From NCBI GenBank assembly GCA_012512905.1, contig JAAZDF010000031.1:1-45880 (forward strand): a stretch of DNA of 45,880 nt. The letters are read 5' to 3'. Below the pieces are notes generated by a model. That model did not search any database. It was given only the letters and a program-made list of their open reading frames with translations, and was not told the origin of the DNA. Below are positions 18,314 to 27,063 of the stretch, piece by piece. Origin of the DNA: Clostridium sp. (lineage in GTDB: Bacteria > Bacillota > Clostridia > Clostridiales > Clostridiaceae). The translations under genes were made by a program, and so were the position numbers. Positions within the stretch are counted from its first letter, which is position 1. Each line of letters begins with the position of its first letter.

Positions 18314-19111
18314 ATGGCTGAATCAATTGTTGTAACATCCGGTAAAGGTGGTGTAGGAAAAACTACAGCTACTGCGAATATTGGTACTGCTCTTGCAAAA
18401 CTTGGTCATAGTGTGGTTGTTATTGATGGAGATACAGGTCTTAGAAATTTGGATGTTCTAATGGGTCTAGAAAATAGAATAGTTTATACCCTTATGGATT
18501 ATTTAGATGGAAGATGCAAACTTAATCAAGCACTTATAAAAGATAAAAAACTTCCAGGGCTATTTTTGTTACCTACAGCCCAAACAAGAGACAAGGAAGA
18601 TATTAATACAAATCAAATGGTAGAACTAATAAAAGAATTAAAGAAAGATTATGATTACATTCTATTAGATTCTCCAGCAGGAATAGAGCAAGGTTTTGAA
18701 AATGCTGTCGCAGCTGCAGATAGAGCAATTATAATTGTTAATCCAGAGGTTACATCTGTTAGAGATGCTGATAGAGTAATAGGAAAACTTGACTCAAAAG
18801 GAATTGAAGATCACAAAGTAGTTATTAATAGGCTGGATCCAAAGATGACTCAAAGTGGTGAAATGCTGGATGTAGAAGATATAATAGATATATTATCGGT
18901 TGAACTTTTAGGAGTTGTTCCAGAAGATAGAGAAATTACAGTTTCAACAAATAAAGGTGAACCTATAGTTATGAATGATGAAAGCAAAGCAGGAAAAGCA
19001 TTTATAAACATTGCTAAAAGAATTATCGGTGAGGAAGTTGACTTTTTAGATTTAACTCCTGTCCCAGAGAATTTTTTTACAAGACTAGGAAAGCTATTTA
19101 AAGGTGAATAG
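18314..19111 (+). CDS. minD: Septum site-determining ATPase MinD
   Basis: Deviant Walker A SGKGGVGKTT. 265 aa. C-terminal amphipathic tail FFTRLGKLFKG. Confidence 0.95.
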   Translation: MAESIVVTSGKGGVGKTTATANIGTALAKLGHSVVVIDGDTGLRNLDVLMGLENRIVYTLMDYLDGRCKLNQALIKDKKLPGLFLLPTAQTRDKEDINTNQMVELIKELKKDYDYILLDSPAGIEQGFENAVAAADRAIIIVNPEVTSVRDADRVIGKLDSKGIEDHKVVINRLDPKMTQSGEMLDVEDIIDILSVELLGVVPEDREITVSTNKGEPIVMNDESKAGKAFINIAKRIIGEEVDFLDLTPVPENFFTRLGKLFKGE

Positions 19112-19119
19112 GAGGAGTT

Positions 19120-19389
19120 ATGAGTATTTTTGACTTTTTTAAGAAAAAGCCTAAATCTAAGGATGTTGCTAAAGATAGACTAAAATTAATATTAATGCAT
19201 GATAGAGGTGATATATCACCTGAACTTTTAGAAAATATAAAAAATGACATTATAGAAGTTTTAAATAGATATGTAGAAATTGACCAAACAGGAGATCTTG
19301 AACTTGACATAACGACAACAGAAACTGAGTTTGGCAGAGTGCCAGCACTCGTAGCTAATATTCCAATTGGAAAAAGAAAAACACCTTAA
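19120..19389 (+). CDS. minE: Cell division topological specificity factor MinE
   Basis: 89 aa. N-terminal MSIFDFFKKK membrane-targeting sequence and KDRLKLILMHDR motif. Follows minD. Confidence 0.9.
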   Translation: MSIFDFFKKKPKSKDVAKDRLKLILMHDRGDISPELLENIKNDIIEVLNRYVEIDQTGDLELDITTTETEFGRVPALVANIPIGKRKTP

Positions 19390-19418
19390 AAATTTAAACT
19401 TATTTATTGTATGTTAAG

Positions 19419-19460
19419 GCTATATAGTTTAATATTAGTTATTAGACATATAGCTTTTTT
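19419..19460 (+). terminator. Probable intrinsic terminator after minE
   Basis: gctatat (19419-19425) pairs with atatagc (19448-19454) and is followed by tttttt. The loop is long (22 nt). Confidence 0.45.
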
Positions 19461-19491
19461 GTAATGCTATAAATAAAGTTGGAGGATTAAA

Positions 19492-20598
19492 ATGAAAATA
19501 CTCAAAAAATTATTAATAGATAAAAAAGAACTGAAGAAAATTGATTTTGCAATGCTTTTAACTGCAATACTAATCCTTCTTTATGGCACTTATAATATAT
19601 ATATTGCTACAAATAGTGTGGCTGGAACATATTATCCTAAACTACAATTAATATGGCTCTTGGTTTCTCTTATCTCTGTATATATAATTTTACTAATGGA
19701 TTATAGACAAGTATATCGAATAGTAGATATTTTATACTGGATAATGATTGTTCTTTTAGTTGCTGTTCTATTTACAACTGAAACAAAAGGTGCAAAAAGA
19801 TGGTTTAATATAGGTAATTTCAAATTCCAACCAACGGAATTTGCAAAGTTAACCACTATGCTTAAAATTTCTAAAGAACTTAATAAAGTAGATGGAGATT
19901 TAAATAATGTGAAAAACTTTTTTAAAGTTACTATATATGCAGCAATTCCAATGGTCCTTATGCTTTTGGAGCCAGATCTTGGAATAACTCTTCTTACATT
20001 TTCAATTGTTCTTGGAATCTATTTTGCATCTGGGTTAAAAATTAAGGTTATAGTAGGAGGATTCGCTTCTATAGTTGGATTTTTTATGCTAATTTTAACA
20101 ACTAATTTAGCACCAAATCATTGGAAAAATAGATTAGCATCTTTTGTTTTAGATGAAGGATCAGAACTAGGCATTGATTATCAACTATCTAAGAGCATGA
20201 TAAGTATTGGATCTGGAGGGCTTAAAGGTAGCCTAACACCAGGATTTTTTCAAAGGATACCAGAAAATTATACGGATTTTATTTTTGCTGTAATAGCTGA
20301 GAATTTTGGACTTATAGGTGGTATAATACTTCTTGTTTTATATGGTTTTTTAATGGTGCGTATGCTTAGAATAGCATCAAAAACAGAAGATATATTTGGG
20401 AAATCTATTGCTGTAGGTGTATTTTCTTTATTTTTGTTCTCAATTTTACAAAATATAGGGATGACTATGGGTGTTATGCCAATATCGGGTATAACCTTAC
20501 CTCTTGTGTCTTATGGAGGAAGTTCAGTTTTAACAACCTTTATTTCAATAGGAATGGTACTAAATGTTGGCATGAAAAGGAAAACATCTTTATTTTAA
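19492..20598 (+). CDS. rodA: SEDS-family peptidoglycan glycosyltransferase RodA
   Basis: 368 aa, about 10 TM. FtsW/RodA/SpoVE motifs (QPTEFAKL, PENYTDFIFAVIAENFG, GITLPLVSYGGSS). Position after minCDE. Confidence 0.85.
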   Translation: MKILKKLLIDKKELKKIDFAMLLTAILILLYGTYNIYIATNSVAGTYYPKLQLIWLLVSLISVYIILLMDYRQVYRIVDILYWIMIVLLVAVLFTTETKGAKRWFNIGNFKFQPTEFAKLTTMLKISKELNKVDGDLNNVKNFFKVTIYAAIPMVLMLLEPDLGITLLTFSIVLGIYFASGLKIKVIVGGFASIVGFFMLILTTNLAPNHWKNRLASFVLDEGSELGIDYQLSKSMISIGSGGLKGSLTPGFFQRIPENYTDFIFAVIAENFGLIGGIILLVLYGFLMVRMLRIASKTEDIFGKSIAVGVFSLFLFSILQNIGMTMGVMPISGITLPLVSYGGSSVLTTFISIGMVLNVGMKRKTSLF

Positions 20599-20616
20599 AA
20601 TATCAAAGGGGATATT

Positions 20617-22002
20617 ATGAAAGAATTATACATAGAAAAAGGAAATATGCTTAAAATAGCATTGACTAGTAGCGGAGATTTAGAAGATCTTTATCTAGAA
20701 AACTATGAAGATAGTATTAAACCTGGAGATATAATCGTAGGAATTATTAAAAACAAAGTATCAGAGTTTAATGGGCTTTTTATCGATATAGGTGATGATA
20801 AAAATGCTTTTATGGAAATTAAGGGAAATTATGATAAATATATAATAGGAAAAGAAATATTAATAGAAGTGCTTTATAAAGAAAATAGTGACAAAGGATT
20901 TAAAGTTACAGATAAAATATCTATAGCCGGCGAAAGTGTAGTTTTATTTATTGGAGATGGTATAGCTTATTCGAGGAAACTGGATTCTAAAAGATTTATA
21001 AAAAAATATGGAAGTTTTATGGAGCTTTCAAATTATAGAATATTATTTAGACAGAATTCAATAAATGAAGAAAAAAGTTTTTTAGAACATGAGATTACAA
21101 TGCTAAAAAATCTTTTAGATAAAATAATAAAGAAATCAAAAACATCTAAAGGTCCTGTTAAGCTTTATGAATCAAAATCATCTATTGAAAGAGTTATAAG
21201 AAAAAATCATGATAGCTTAAGCAATATATATACGAATTCAAAGAAAATAGCTGAAAAACTTAATGAAGTTTATGATTTAAAGATATCCTATAATGAAAAT
21301 AATACACTGCTTAGCTTTGGACTTGAGAAAATCATTCAAAATCTTCTCAGAAGTAAAGTTGAGCTAAAGAATGGTTCAAATATAGTTATTGAGAGAACAG
21401 AAGCTATGCATGTAATAGACGTGAATAGTGGAGAATTTTTATATTTAAATAATAGTACTGAAAGTGAAGAGGAATTTGCTTTTAATATTAATAAAAGAGC
21501 ACTAAAAGAAATAGTCAGACAAATAAAACTTAGAAATTTATCTGGTATAATAGTAGTAGACTTTTTATCTATGAAGTATAATAAAAACAAAAAAGAAATT
21601 TTAAAAATAGCAAAAAATCTAATGAACAAAGAAAATGTTTCTATGGAGGCATATCCATTATCAAGAAATTCGTTAATGGAAATAGTAAGAGAGAAAAGAG
21701 GAGAAGAAATATATGATGTTTTATCATATAAGCCTCATTATAACAATATACTCTTAGAAAAAAACTATTTAGTTAGCTTACTTACTGCCTTTATAAAGAA
21801 AAATCTTGAACAAGTAAAATCTGAAAATAAAATAAAATACATTATAAACTTAAACTTTCTTTACAAAGATGAATTAGATGAAATTAAAAATCTTTTAGAG
21901 AGGGAGATAGCAGATAAAAAAATAAATCAAGAAAATTTGTTTTTTTATGAGATAAATTTAAAAGAAGAAATAGAATATTATGATATAAACTTTATTTATT
22001 AG
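20617..22002 (+). CDS. rng: RNase E/G family ribonuclease (Rng/CafA-like)
   Basis: N-terminal S1-like domain (GDIIVGIIKNKVSEFNGLFIDIG) and catalytic-region motif HVIDVNSGEF. Typical position upstream of rplU in Clostridia. Confidence 0.75.
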   Translation: MKELYIEKGNMLKIALTSSGDLEDLYLENYEDSIKPGDIIVGIIKNKVSEFNGLFIDIGDDKNAFMEIKGNYDKYIIGKEILIEVLYKENSDKGFKVTDKISIAGESVVLFIGDGIAYSRKLDSKRFIKKYGSFMELSNYRILFRQNSINEEKSFLEHEITMLKNLLDKIIKKSKTSKGPVKLYESKSSIERVIRKNHDSLSNIYTNSKKIAEKLNEVYDLKISYNENNTLLSFGLEKIIQNLLRSKVELKNGSNIVIERTEAMHVIDVNSGEFLYLNNSTESEEEFAFNINKRALKEIVRQIKLRNLSGIIVVDFLSMKYNKNKKEILKIAKNLMNKENVSMEAYPLSRNSLMEIVREKRGEEIYDVLSYKPHYNNILLEKNYLVSLLTAFIKKNLEQVKSENKIKYIINLNFLYKDELDEIKNLLEREIADKKINQENLFFYEINLKEEIEYYDINFIY

Positions 22003-22094
22003 TATATTTATGTTTTTATGTAAGTATGTTTTTAATATATAAACCCTAGATATCCTACTATTTTTACAAAAGCATAGTTAATTTATCAAATAGC

Positions 22095-22124
22095 TTTACT
22101 TTTGTGTGTATAAAGTGGTAAAAT
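22095..22124 (+). promoter_or_regulatory. Candidate sigma-A promoter of the rplU-prp-rpmA operon
   Basis: TTTACT (22095-22100), an 18-nt spacer, then the extended -10 TGgTAAAAT (22116-22124). Confidence 0.45.
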
Positions 22125-22130
22125 ACTAGG

Positions 22131-22205
22131 TAGGCCGCTCATAACAGGTTATAAACATAGAAAATGATATTTTATGTACCTTTAATGGCGAGTACTAGTT
22201 GAGGA
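22131..22205 (+). ncRNA. Possible L21 ribosomal-protein leader (cis-regulatory 5' UTR of rplU)
   Basis: About 85-nt leader between the candidate promoter and the GAGGAGG RBS. It contains the hairpin acatagaaaat-gat-attttatgt extended by aggt/acct. Position and size fit the Firmicute L21 leader class. No covariance model was run. Confidence 0.35.
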
Positions 22206-22216
22206 GGTGTTGATAC

Positions 22217-22531
22217 ATGTATGCAGTTGTAAACACAGGTGGTAAGCAATACAAAGTTTCAAAAGGTGATATTTTAAGAGTTGAAAAGCTAAATGGCGAA
22301 GTTGATTCTACTATAGAGTTGACAGACGTTCTAGCTTTTAAACCTGAAGAAGGAGACTTAAGATTTGGAACTCCATTAGTTGATGGAGTAAAAGTTGTTT
22401 GTAAAGTATTAAAACAAGATAAAGCTAAAAAGATTGTTGTATTTAAGTACAAAGCTAAAAAGAATTACAAGAAAAAACAAGGACACAGACAGCCATTTAC
22501 ACAAATCTTAGTTGAAGATATTATTGCTTAA
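22217..22531 (+). CDS. rplU: 50S ribosomal protein L21
   Basis: [19 protein letters not shown]-terminus. 104 aa. GAGGAGG RBS. Confidence 0.95.
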   Translation: MYAVVNTGGKQYKVSKGDILRVEKLNGEVDSTIELTDVLAFKPEEGDLRFGTPLVDGVKVVCKVLKQDKAKKIVVFKYKAKKNYKKKQGHRQPFTQILVEDIIA

Positions 22532-22533
22532 TT

Positions 22534-22866
22534 ATGATTGAAATTAAATTTTTGAAAAATAAACAGAATATTGTTGGTTTTGAACTAAAGGGTCATGCTG
22601 ATTTTAGTGAATATGGTAAAGATATTGTATGCTCAGCAGTTACTGCTCAGTCTATGATGATATATAATGGATTAAATGAAGTTATGAAAATACCAAATAA
22701 ATTAAAAATAAGTGAAGATGGTGGATATATGTTCGTAAGCATTTTAGATAATGATATAAAAATTATAGAAAGTGCACAAGATATGTTAAAAACATTTTTA
22801 CTAGGTATAAAAGCTATAGAGAAAAACTATAATGAATTTATTAAAATTACACAGGAGGAGGTGTAG
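22534..22866 (+). CDS. prp: Ribosomal-processing cysteine protease Prp (YsxB family)
   Basis: 110 aa located between rplU and rpmA. Conserved GH...CS layout ([21 protein letters not shown]). Confidence 0.9.
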   Translation: MIEIKFLKNKQNIVGFELKGHADFSEYGKDIVCSAVTAQSMMIYNGLNEVMKIPNKLKISEDGGYMFVSILDNDIKIIESAQDMLKTFLLGIKAIEKNYNEFIKITQEEV

Positions 22867-22870
22867 CACC

Positions 22871-23167
22871 ATGCTTATATTAGATCTTCAGTTTTTTGCA
22901 TCAAAAAAAGGTGTAGGAAGCTCACGAAATGGAAGAGATTCTCATTCTAAAAGACTTGGAGTAAAATCAAGCGACGGACAACAAGTACTGGCAGGAAATA
23001 TAATAACCAGACAAAGAGGTACAAGGATTCATCCAGGCTTCAACGTAGGAAGAGGTAAAGATGATACTTTATATGCCAAAATTGATGGAGTTGTAAGATT
23101 TGAACGACTAGGTAGAGATAGAAAAAAAGCAAGTGTTTACCCAGTTGAACTGGAAGCAATTAGCTAG
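22871..23167 (+). CDS. rpmA: 50S ribosomal protein L27 with cleavable N-terminal propeptide
   Basis: ATG at 22871 follows the GGAGGAGGTG RBS. The sequence [24 protein letters not shown] contains the Prp-type cleavage context FF/ASKKG. The ORF-track start at 22832 lies inside prp. Confidence 0.95.
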   Translation: MLILDLQFFASKKGVGSSRNGRDSHSKRLGVKSSDGQQVLAGNIITRQRGTRIHPGFNVGRGKDDTLYAKIDGVVRFERLGRDRKKASVYPVELEAIS

Positions 23168-23175
23168 ATATTATG

Positions 23176-23205
23176 TAAGACCTGCCTTGCAGGTCTTATT
23201 TTTTT
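23176..23205 (+). terminator. Intrinsic terminator after rpmA
   Basis: taagacctgc-ctt-gcaggtctta hairpin followed by a T7 run. Confidence 0.8.
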
Positions 23206-23237
23206 AAAAGAAAAATGAATAAAGGAAGGTGAGTTAT

Positions 23238-24521
23238 ATGAATTTATTTATCGATATTGCGGATATATATTTGAAAAGTGGAGATGGTGGCGATGGGTCT
23301 ATATCATTTAGAAGAGAAAAATATGTAGATAGAGGCGGACCAGACGGAGGAGATGGCGGAGCTGGTGGAAGTGTTATTTTTGAAGTAGATCACAACATGA
23401 CTACTCTCTTAGATTTTAAATATAAGAAAAAATATGAAGCGGAAGATGGAGAAAATGGTGCTGGTAAAAAACAATACGGAAAAGATGGGAAAGATTTAAC
23501 AATCAAAGTTCCTTTAGGTACTGTTATAAAAGAGAAAGAAACTGGTAAAGTAATATTTGATTTGTCAGATGAAAATGATAAAGAAGTAATACTTAAAGGT
23601 GGAAAAGGTGGCAAAGGAAATGCTAAATTTGCAACATCAACAAGACAAGCTCCAGATTTTGCAGAGCCTGGAATGCCTGGTGAGGAGATTGTTATATCCT
23701 TAGAACTTAAGGTTTTAGCAGATGTTGGATTAATTGGATTTCCAAATGTGGGTAAGTCAACACTCTTATCCAAAGTTACAAAAGCTACACCTAAAATAGC
23801 AAACTATCATTTTACAACATTAGAACCAAACCTGGGGGTTGTATCACTGAAGGGTATTGAGCCTTTCGTTATAGCGGATATACCAGGTATTATAGAAGGT
23901 GCATCTGAAGGTATTGGTCTTGGGATCGGATTTTTAAGGCATATTGAAAGAACGAGAGTTTTAATCCATGTTGTTGATGTATCAGGAATTGAAGGTAGAG
24001 ATCCAATAGAAGATTTCAAACTAATTAATGAAGAACTTAAAAGTTATAGTATAGACCTTGTAGATAGACCTCAGATAGTCGCTCTTAATAAAACTGACTT
24101 ATTATATGAAAAAGAAAAAATTGATAAGTATATTGATGAGATAAAATCTCTTGGTTATAATGATGTTTTTGAGATATCAGCTGCGACAGAAGAAGGTATA
24201 GAAAATTTAATCAAAAAAACAGCAGATAAACTTCAATCTATACCAGTAACTGAAATAAAATACGATTTGGATGAAATGTACATTCCAGATGAAAAAAGAT
24301 TTACTTATGAAATCCATAACAAAGGTAATGGAGTTTATGATATTGTAGGAAGCTTTGTAGATAGGCTTTTGAGCTCAGTAGATATAAATAATCCTAACCA
24401 CTTAAGATACTTCCACCAAGTTTTAAAAAACAAGGGTGTTATAGATGATCTTAGAGAGATGGGAATAAGTGATGGAGATATAATTACAATGAATGATTTT
24501 GAATTTGAGTTTTACTCATAG
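23238..24521 (+). CDS. obg: GTPase Obg/CgtA
   Basis: Gly-rich Obg fold ([27 protein letters not shown]). G1 [10 protein letters not shown]3 DIPG, G4 NKTD. C-terminal OCT domain. ATG at 23238 after GGAAGGTGA. Confidence 0.95.
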   Translation: MNLFIDIADIYLKSGDGGDGSISFRREKYVDRGGPDGGDGGAGGSVIFEVDHNMTTLLDFKYKKKYEAEDGENGAGKKQYGKDGKDLTIKVPLGTVIKEKETGKVIFDLSDENDKEVILKGGKGGKGNAKFATSTRQAPDFAEPGMPGEEIVISLELKVLADVGLIGFPNVGKSTLLSKVTKATPKIANYHFTTLEPNLGVVSLKGIEPFVIADIPGIIEGASEGIGLGIGFLRHIERTRVLIHVVDVSGIEGRDPIEDFKLINEELKSYSIDLVDRPQIVALNKTDLLYEKEKIDKYIDEIKSLGYNDVFEISAATEEGIENLIKKTADKLQSIPVTEIKYDLDEMYIPDEKRFTYEIHNKGNGVYDIVGSFVDRLLSSVDINNPNHLRYFHQVLKNKGVIDDLREMGISDGDIITMNDFEFEFYS

Positions 24522-24530
24522 GAGGAAATA

Positions 24531-24827
24531 ATGATAACTGCAAAACAAAGAGCCTATTTAAGAGGCCTTGGAAATAAAATAGATCCTATTTTTCAAGTAG
24601 GAAAAAATGGGATTGAAGCATCGTTTATAAAACAAGTTGATGAAGCTTTAGAAAAGAGAGAATTAATTAAGATTAAAGTTCTTGAGAACAGTGGACTAGA
24701 TCCAAAAGAAGTACAAAGAGATTTAATGGCTGCTACAGCTAGTGAAGGGGTTCAAGTTATTGGGTCTAAATTTATTATTTATAGAGAAAGTAAAGACAAC
24801 AAAAAAATTGAACTAGAAAACAAATGA
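24531..24827 (+). CDS. yhbY: YhbY/YqeI CRM-domain RNA-binding protein (ribosome assembly)
   Basis: 98 aa. KQRAYLRGLGNKIDPIFQVGKNGI motif. Position before nadD. Confidence 0.85.
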   Translation: MITAKQRAYLRGLGNKIDPIFQVGKNGIEASFIKQVDEALEKRELIKIKVLENSGLDPKEVQRDLMAATASEGVQVIGSKFIIYRESKDNKKIELENK

Positions 24828-25420
24828 AAATAGGAATTCTTGGTGGTACCTTTAATCCGGTTCATAATGGACATATGTATATGGCCTATGAATCTATTGA
24901 TAGACTTAATTTAGATAAGGTATATTTTCTTCCGAATTATATACCACCTCATAAATTATCTAAAGATAGAAATTTTAAAGATTCAATTGATATGATAAAA
25001 CTTGTTATTAATGATAATGATAAGTTTTACTTATCATGCTATGAAATAGAAAAAAAAGAAATTAGTTACACATATGAAACGGTTCAACATTTTAGAGAAA
25101 TATACCCAGATGATGAGTTATATTTTTTAATAGGTGAAGATTCTTATGTAGAGTTTAGTACATGGAAAAGACCAGAAACAATATTAGACTGTGTTACTTT
25201 AGTTATTTTTGAAAGAAAATTTTATAATGATGATAAACGAAAAAAAGCACATGAATTTATAAAGAGTTTTGGTAAAAAAGAGATTATATTAGACTCATTA
25301 ACTCTCGAAATATCTTCTAAGGATATTAGAAAAAGAGTTAAAAACGAGAAAAATATTAGTTTTCTTGTACCAGAGCCCGTTAATAGATATATAATAGATA
25401 ATGAACTATACAAAGGATAA
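24824..25420 (+). CDS. nadD: Nicotinate-nucleotide adenylyltransferase NadD
   Basis: GGTFNPVHNGH (HxGH) and ISSKDIR (ISSTxxR-type) motifs. 4-nt overlap with yhbY. Confidence 0.9.
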   Translation: MKIGILGGTFNPVHNGHMYMAYESIDRLNLDKVYFLPNYIPPHKLSKDRNFKDSIDMIKLVINDNDKFYLSCYEIEKKEISYTYETVQHFREIYPDDELYFLIGEDSYVEFSTWKRPETILDCVTLVIFERKFYNDDKRKKAHEFIKSFGKKEIILDSLTLEISSKDIRKRVKNEKNISFLVPEPVNRYIIDNELYKG

Positions 25421-25426
25421 GATCAA

Positions 25427-26020
25427 ATGTTAAGTAGGGAAAATTTAAATTATAAAAGTATAATAAATTATTTAAAAAGAAATATAAGTGAAGAAAGACT
25501 TGCTCATTCTATAAGAGTTTTAGAAGAAATGAAAAACATGTCAGAAATTTATGATATCAATATTAAAGATGCACAGTGTGCTGCACTTTTTCATGATAGC
25601 TTTAAAGAAAAACCTATAGATTTTTTAATCTCCTATATTAGTAGATATGAAATTTTACCTCAATATGAAGTAGATATAAAAATAAACCTACATGGAATAG
25701 CTGCTGCATTATTTTTATATAAAGATATAGGTTATAAGAATAAAGATGTATATAATTCAATTAGATACCATACAACAGGAAGACCTAATATGAGTAATTT
25801 AGAAATGGGTCTTTATTTGGCTGATGTTATTGAAGAGAAAAGAAGTTTTCCTGGTATTGACCTTATAAGAGAAGATTGTAAGATTTCATTAGAAAAAGGT
25901 ATGCTAAGTGCTTTAAATAAGAGCATTGAGTTTTTAATTAAATCTAATAAAGATATACACTTAGATACAGTAAAAGCTAGAAATTTCTATAATAGACTAG
26001 AGAGAGAGGCTTTAGTATGA
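25427..26020 (+). CDS. yqeK: HD-domain protein YqeK (bis(5'-nucleosyl)-tetraphosphatase family)
   Basis: HSIRV ... FHD ... HG ... RYHTTG metal-ligand pattern. Conserved position after nadD. Confidence 0.85.
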   Translation: MLSRENLNYKSIINYLKRNISEERLAHSIRVLEEMKNMSEIYDINIKDAQCAALFHDSFKEKPIDFLISYISRYEILPQYEVDIKINLHGIAAALFLYKDIGYKNKDVYNSIRYHTTGRPNMSNLEMGLYLADVIEEKRSFPGIDLIREDCKISLEKGMLSALNKSIEFLIKSNKDIHLDTVKARNFYNRLEREALV

Positions 26021-26922
26021 ATTATATAAAAAAAGATATAAATGCAGAGTTTAAAGGAATGAAGCTATCTAAATATCTTAAGGAAGAACTTGACTTATCA
26101 TCTAGATTTACAAGGAGAGCAGCAGAGGATAGAAGGATTTATATAAATGGAAAGACAAGAAAACTTAATTATAGAATAAAAGAAAAGGATTCTTTAACTA
26201 TAGATTTAAAAGAAGAAGAAACTCAAAATATAGAGCCCTGGGAAAGGGAAATCGATGTTGTATATGAGGATACATCTATTCTTGTCGTAAATAAAGAAGC
26301 AGACATGGTAGTTCATCCAACTAAAAATAGTAAACATCATACTTTATCGAACGCTATTATAAATCACTATAGGTATAATAATGAAAATACTATAGTAAGG
26401 TTAGTTTCAAGACTTGATATGGATACTTCAGGAACTGTTCTTCTTGCGAAAAATCAATATGTACATTCCTATTTTGCAAAAGAACTTGAAAAAAACACGA
26501 TAAAAAGAGAGTATATAGCTGTTGTTGAAGGAAAATTTCCAAAAGATATAAAAATAATTGACTTTCCTATTTATAGAGACCCTATTGAAAAATACAAAAG
26601 GGTTATTAATAATTTAGGCCAAGAAAGTAAAACAGAGGTTTTTTCGGTTAAATATATTAATGGCTATTCAATATTAAAACTTGGCCTTATAACAGGTAGG
26701 ACTCATCAAATAAGAGTTCATTTGAGTCATTTAGGATATCCGATTGTTGGAGATTCATTGTACGGTGGAAATGAAAAGTTTATAGAAAGGCAAGTTCTCC
26801 ATGCTAGAACTATAAAATTTACCCATCCTATGACTAGAGAAAATATGGTGTTAAATGCTAATATTCCAGATGATATAAGTTTATTATTTGATAAATTAAA
26901 TATTAAAGAATATGACATATAA
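26017..26922 (+). CDS. rluD: RluA/RluD-family 23S rRNA pseudouridine synthase
   Basis: N-terminal S4-like domain, catalytic SRLDMDTSG, and GRTHQIRVH motif. 4-nt overlap with yqeK. Confidence 0.85.
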   Translation: MNYIKKDINAEFKGMKLSKYLKEELDLSSRFTRRAAEDRRIYINGKTRKLNYRIKEKDSLTIDLKEEETQNIEPWEREIDVVYEDTSILVVNKEADMVVHPTKNSKHHTLSNAIINHYRYNNENTIVRLVSRLDMDTSGTVLLAKNQYVHSYFAKELEKNTIKREYIAVVEGKFPKDIKIIDFPIYRDPIEKYKRVINNLGQESKTEVFSVKYINGYSILKLGLITGRTHQIRVHLSHLGYPIVGDSLYGGNEKFIERQVLHARTIKFTHPMTRENMVLNANIPDDISLLFDKLNIKEYDI

Positions 26923-26958
26923 AATGAGTTTGAACTATTTGAGTTCAAACTCATTTTT
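26922..26958 (+). terminator. Intrinsic terminator after rluD
   Basis: 15-bp perfect stem aaatgagtttgaact / agttcaaactcattt, 5-nt loop, T-run. Confidence 0.8.
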
Positions 26959-27063
26959 ATATATCAGTTGTATTTATATTCCAAATAATACCTTATATAT
27001 GGTATTATTAAGATAAGTATATTGTATATAAAATTTATTTTATATAGAGTTAGAGGAGGACAT

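Noticed and set aside
22832-22870. N-terminal extensions in the ORF track for L27 (22832). The same applies to glgB (27022), glgD (30016), obg (23229), minC (17583), gltX (36249) and the carboxypeptidase gene (34026).
   Set aside because: In each case a downstream in-frame ATG has a proper SD at 5-9 nt and matches the conserved protein N-terminus. The upstream start lies inside the preceding gene or on top of the RBS.
23390-24019. Minus-strand ORFs 23390-23773 and 23807-24019 inside obg. Similar antisense ORFs occur in mreB (15161-15379, 15674-15880), radC (14349-14672, 14874-15059), rng (21336-21629), glgD (30942-31193), the carboxypeptidase gene (33575-33847) and nrdJ (41950-42135, 42885-43106).
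   Set aside because: All overlap strongly supported conserved genes, lack an RBS and give low-complexity products.
26931-26948. GAAC...GTTC within tgaactatttgagttca, considered as a second LexA box.
   Set aside because: The spacing is 7 nt, not 4, and the sequence is the stem-loop of the rluD terminator.
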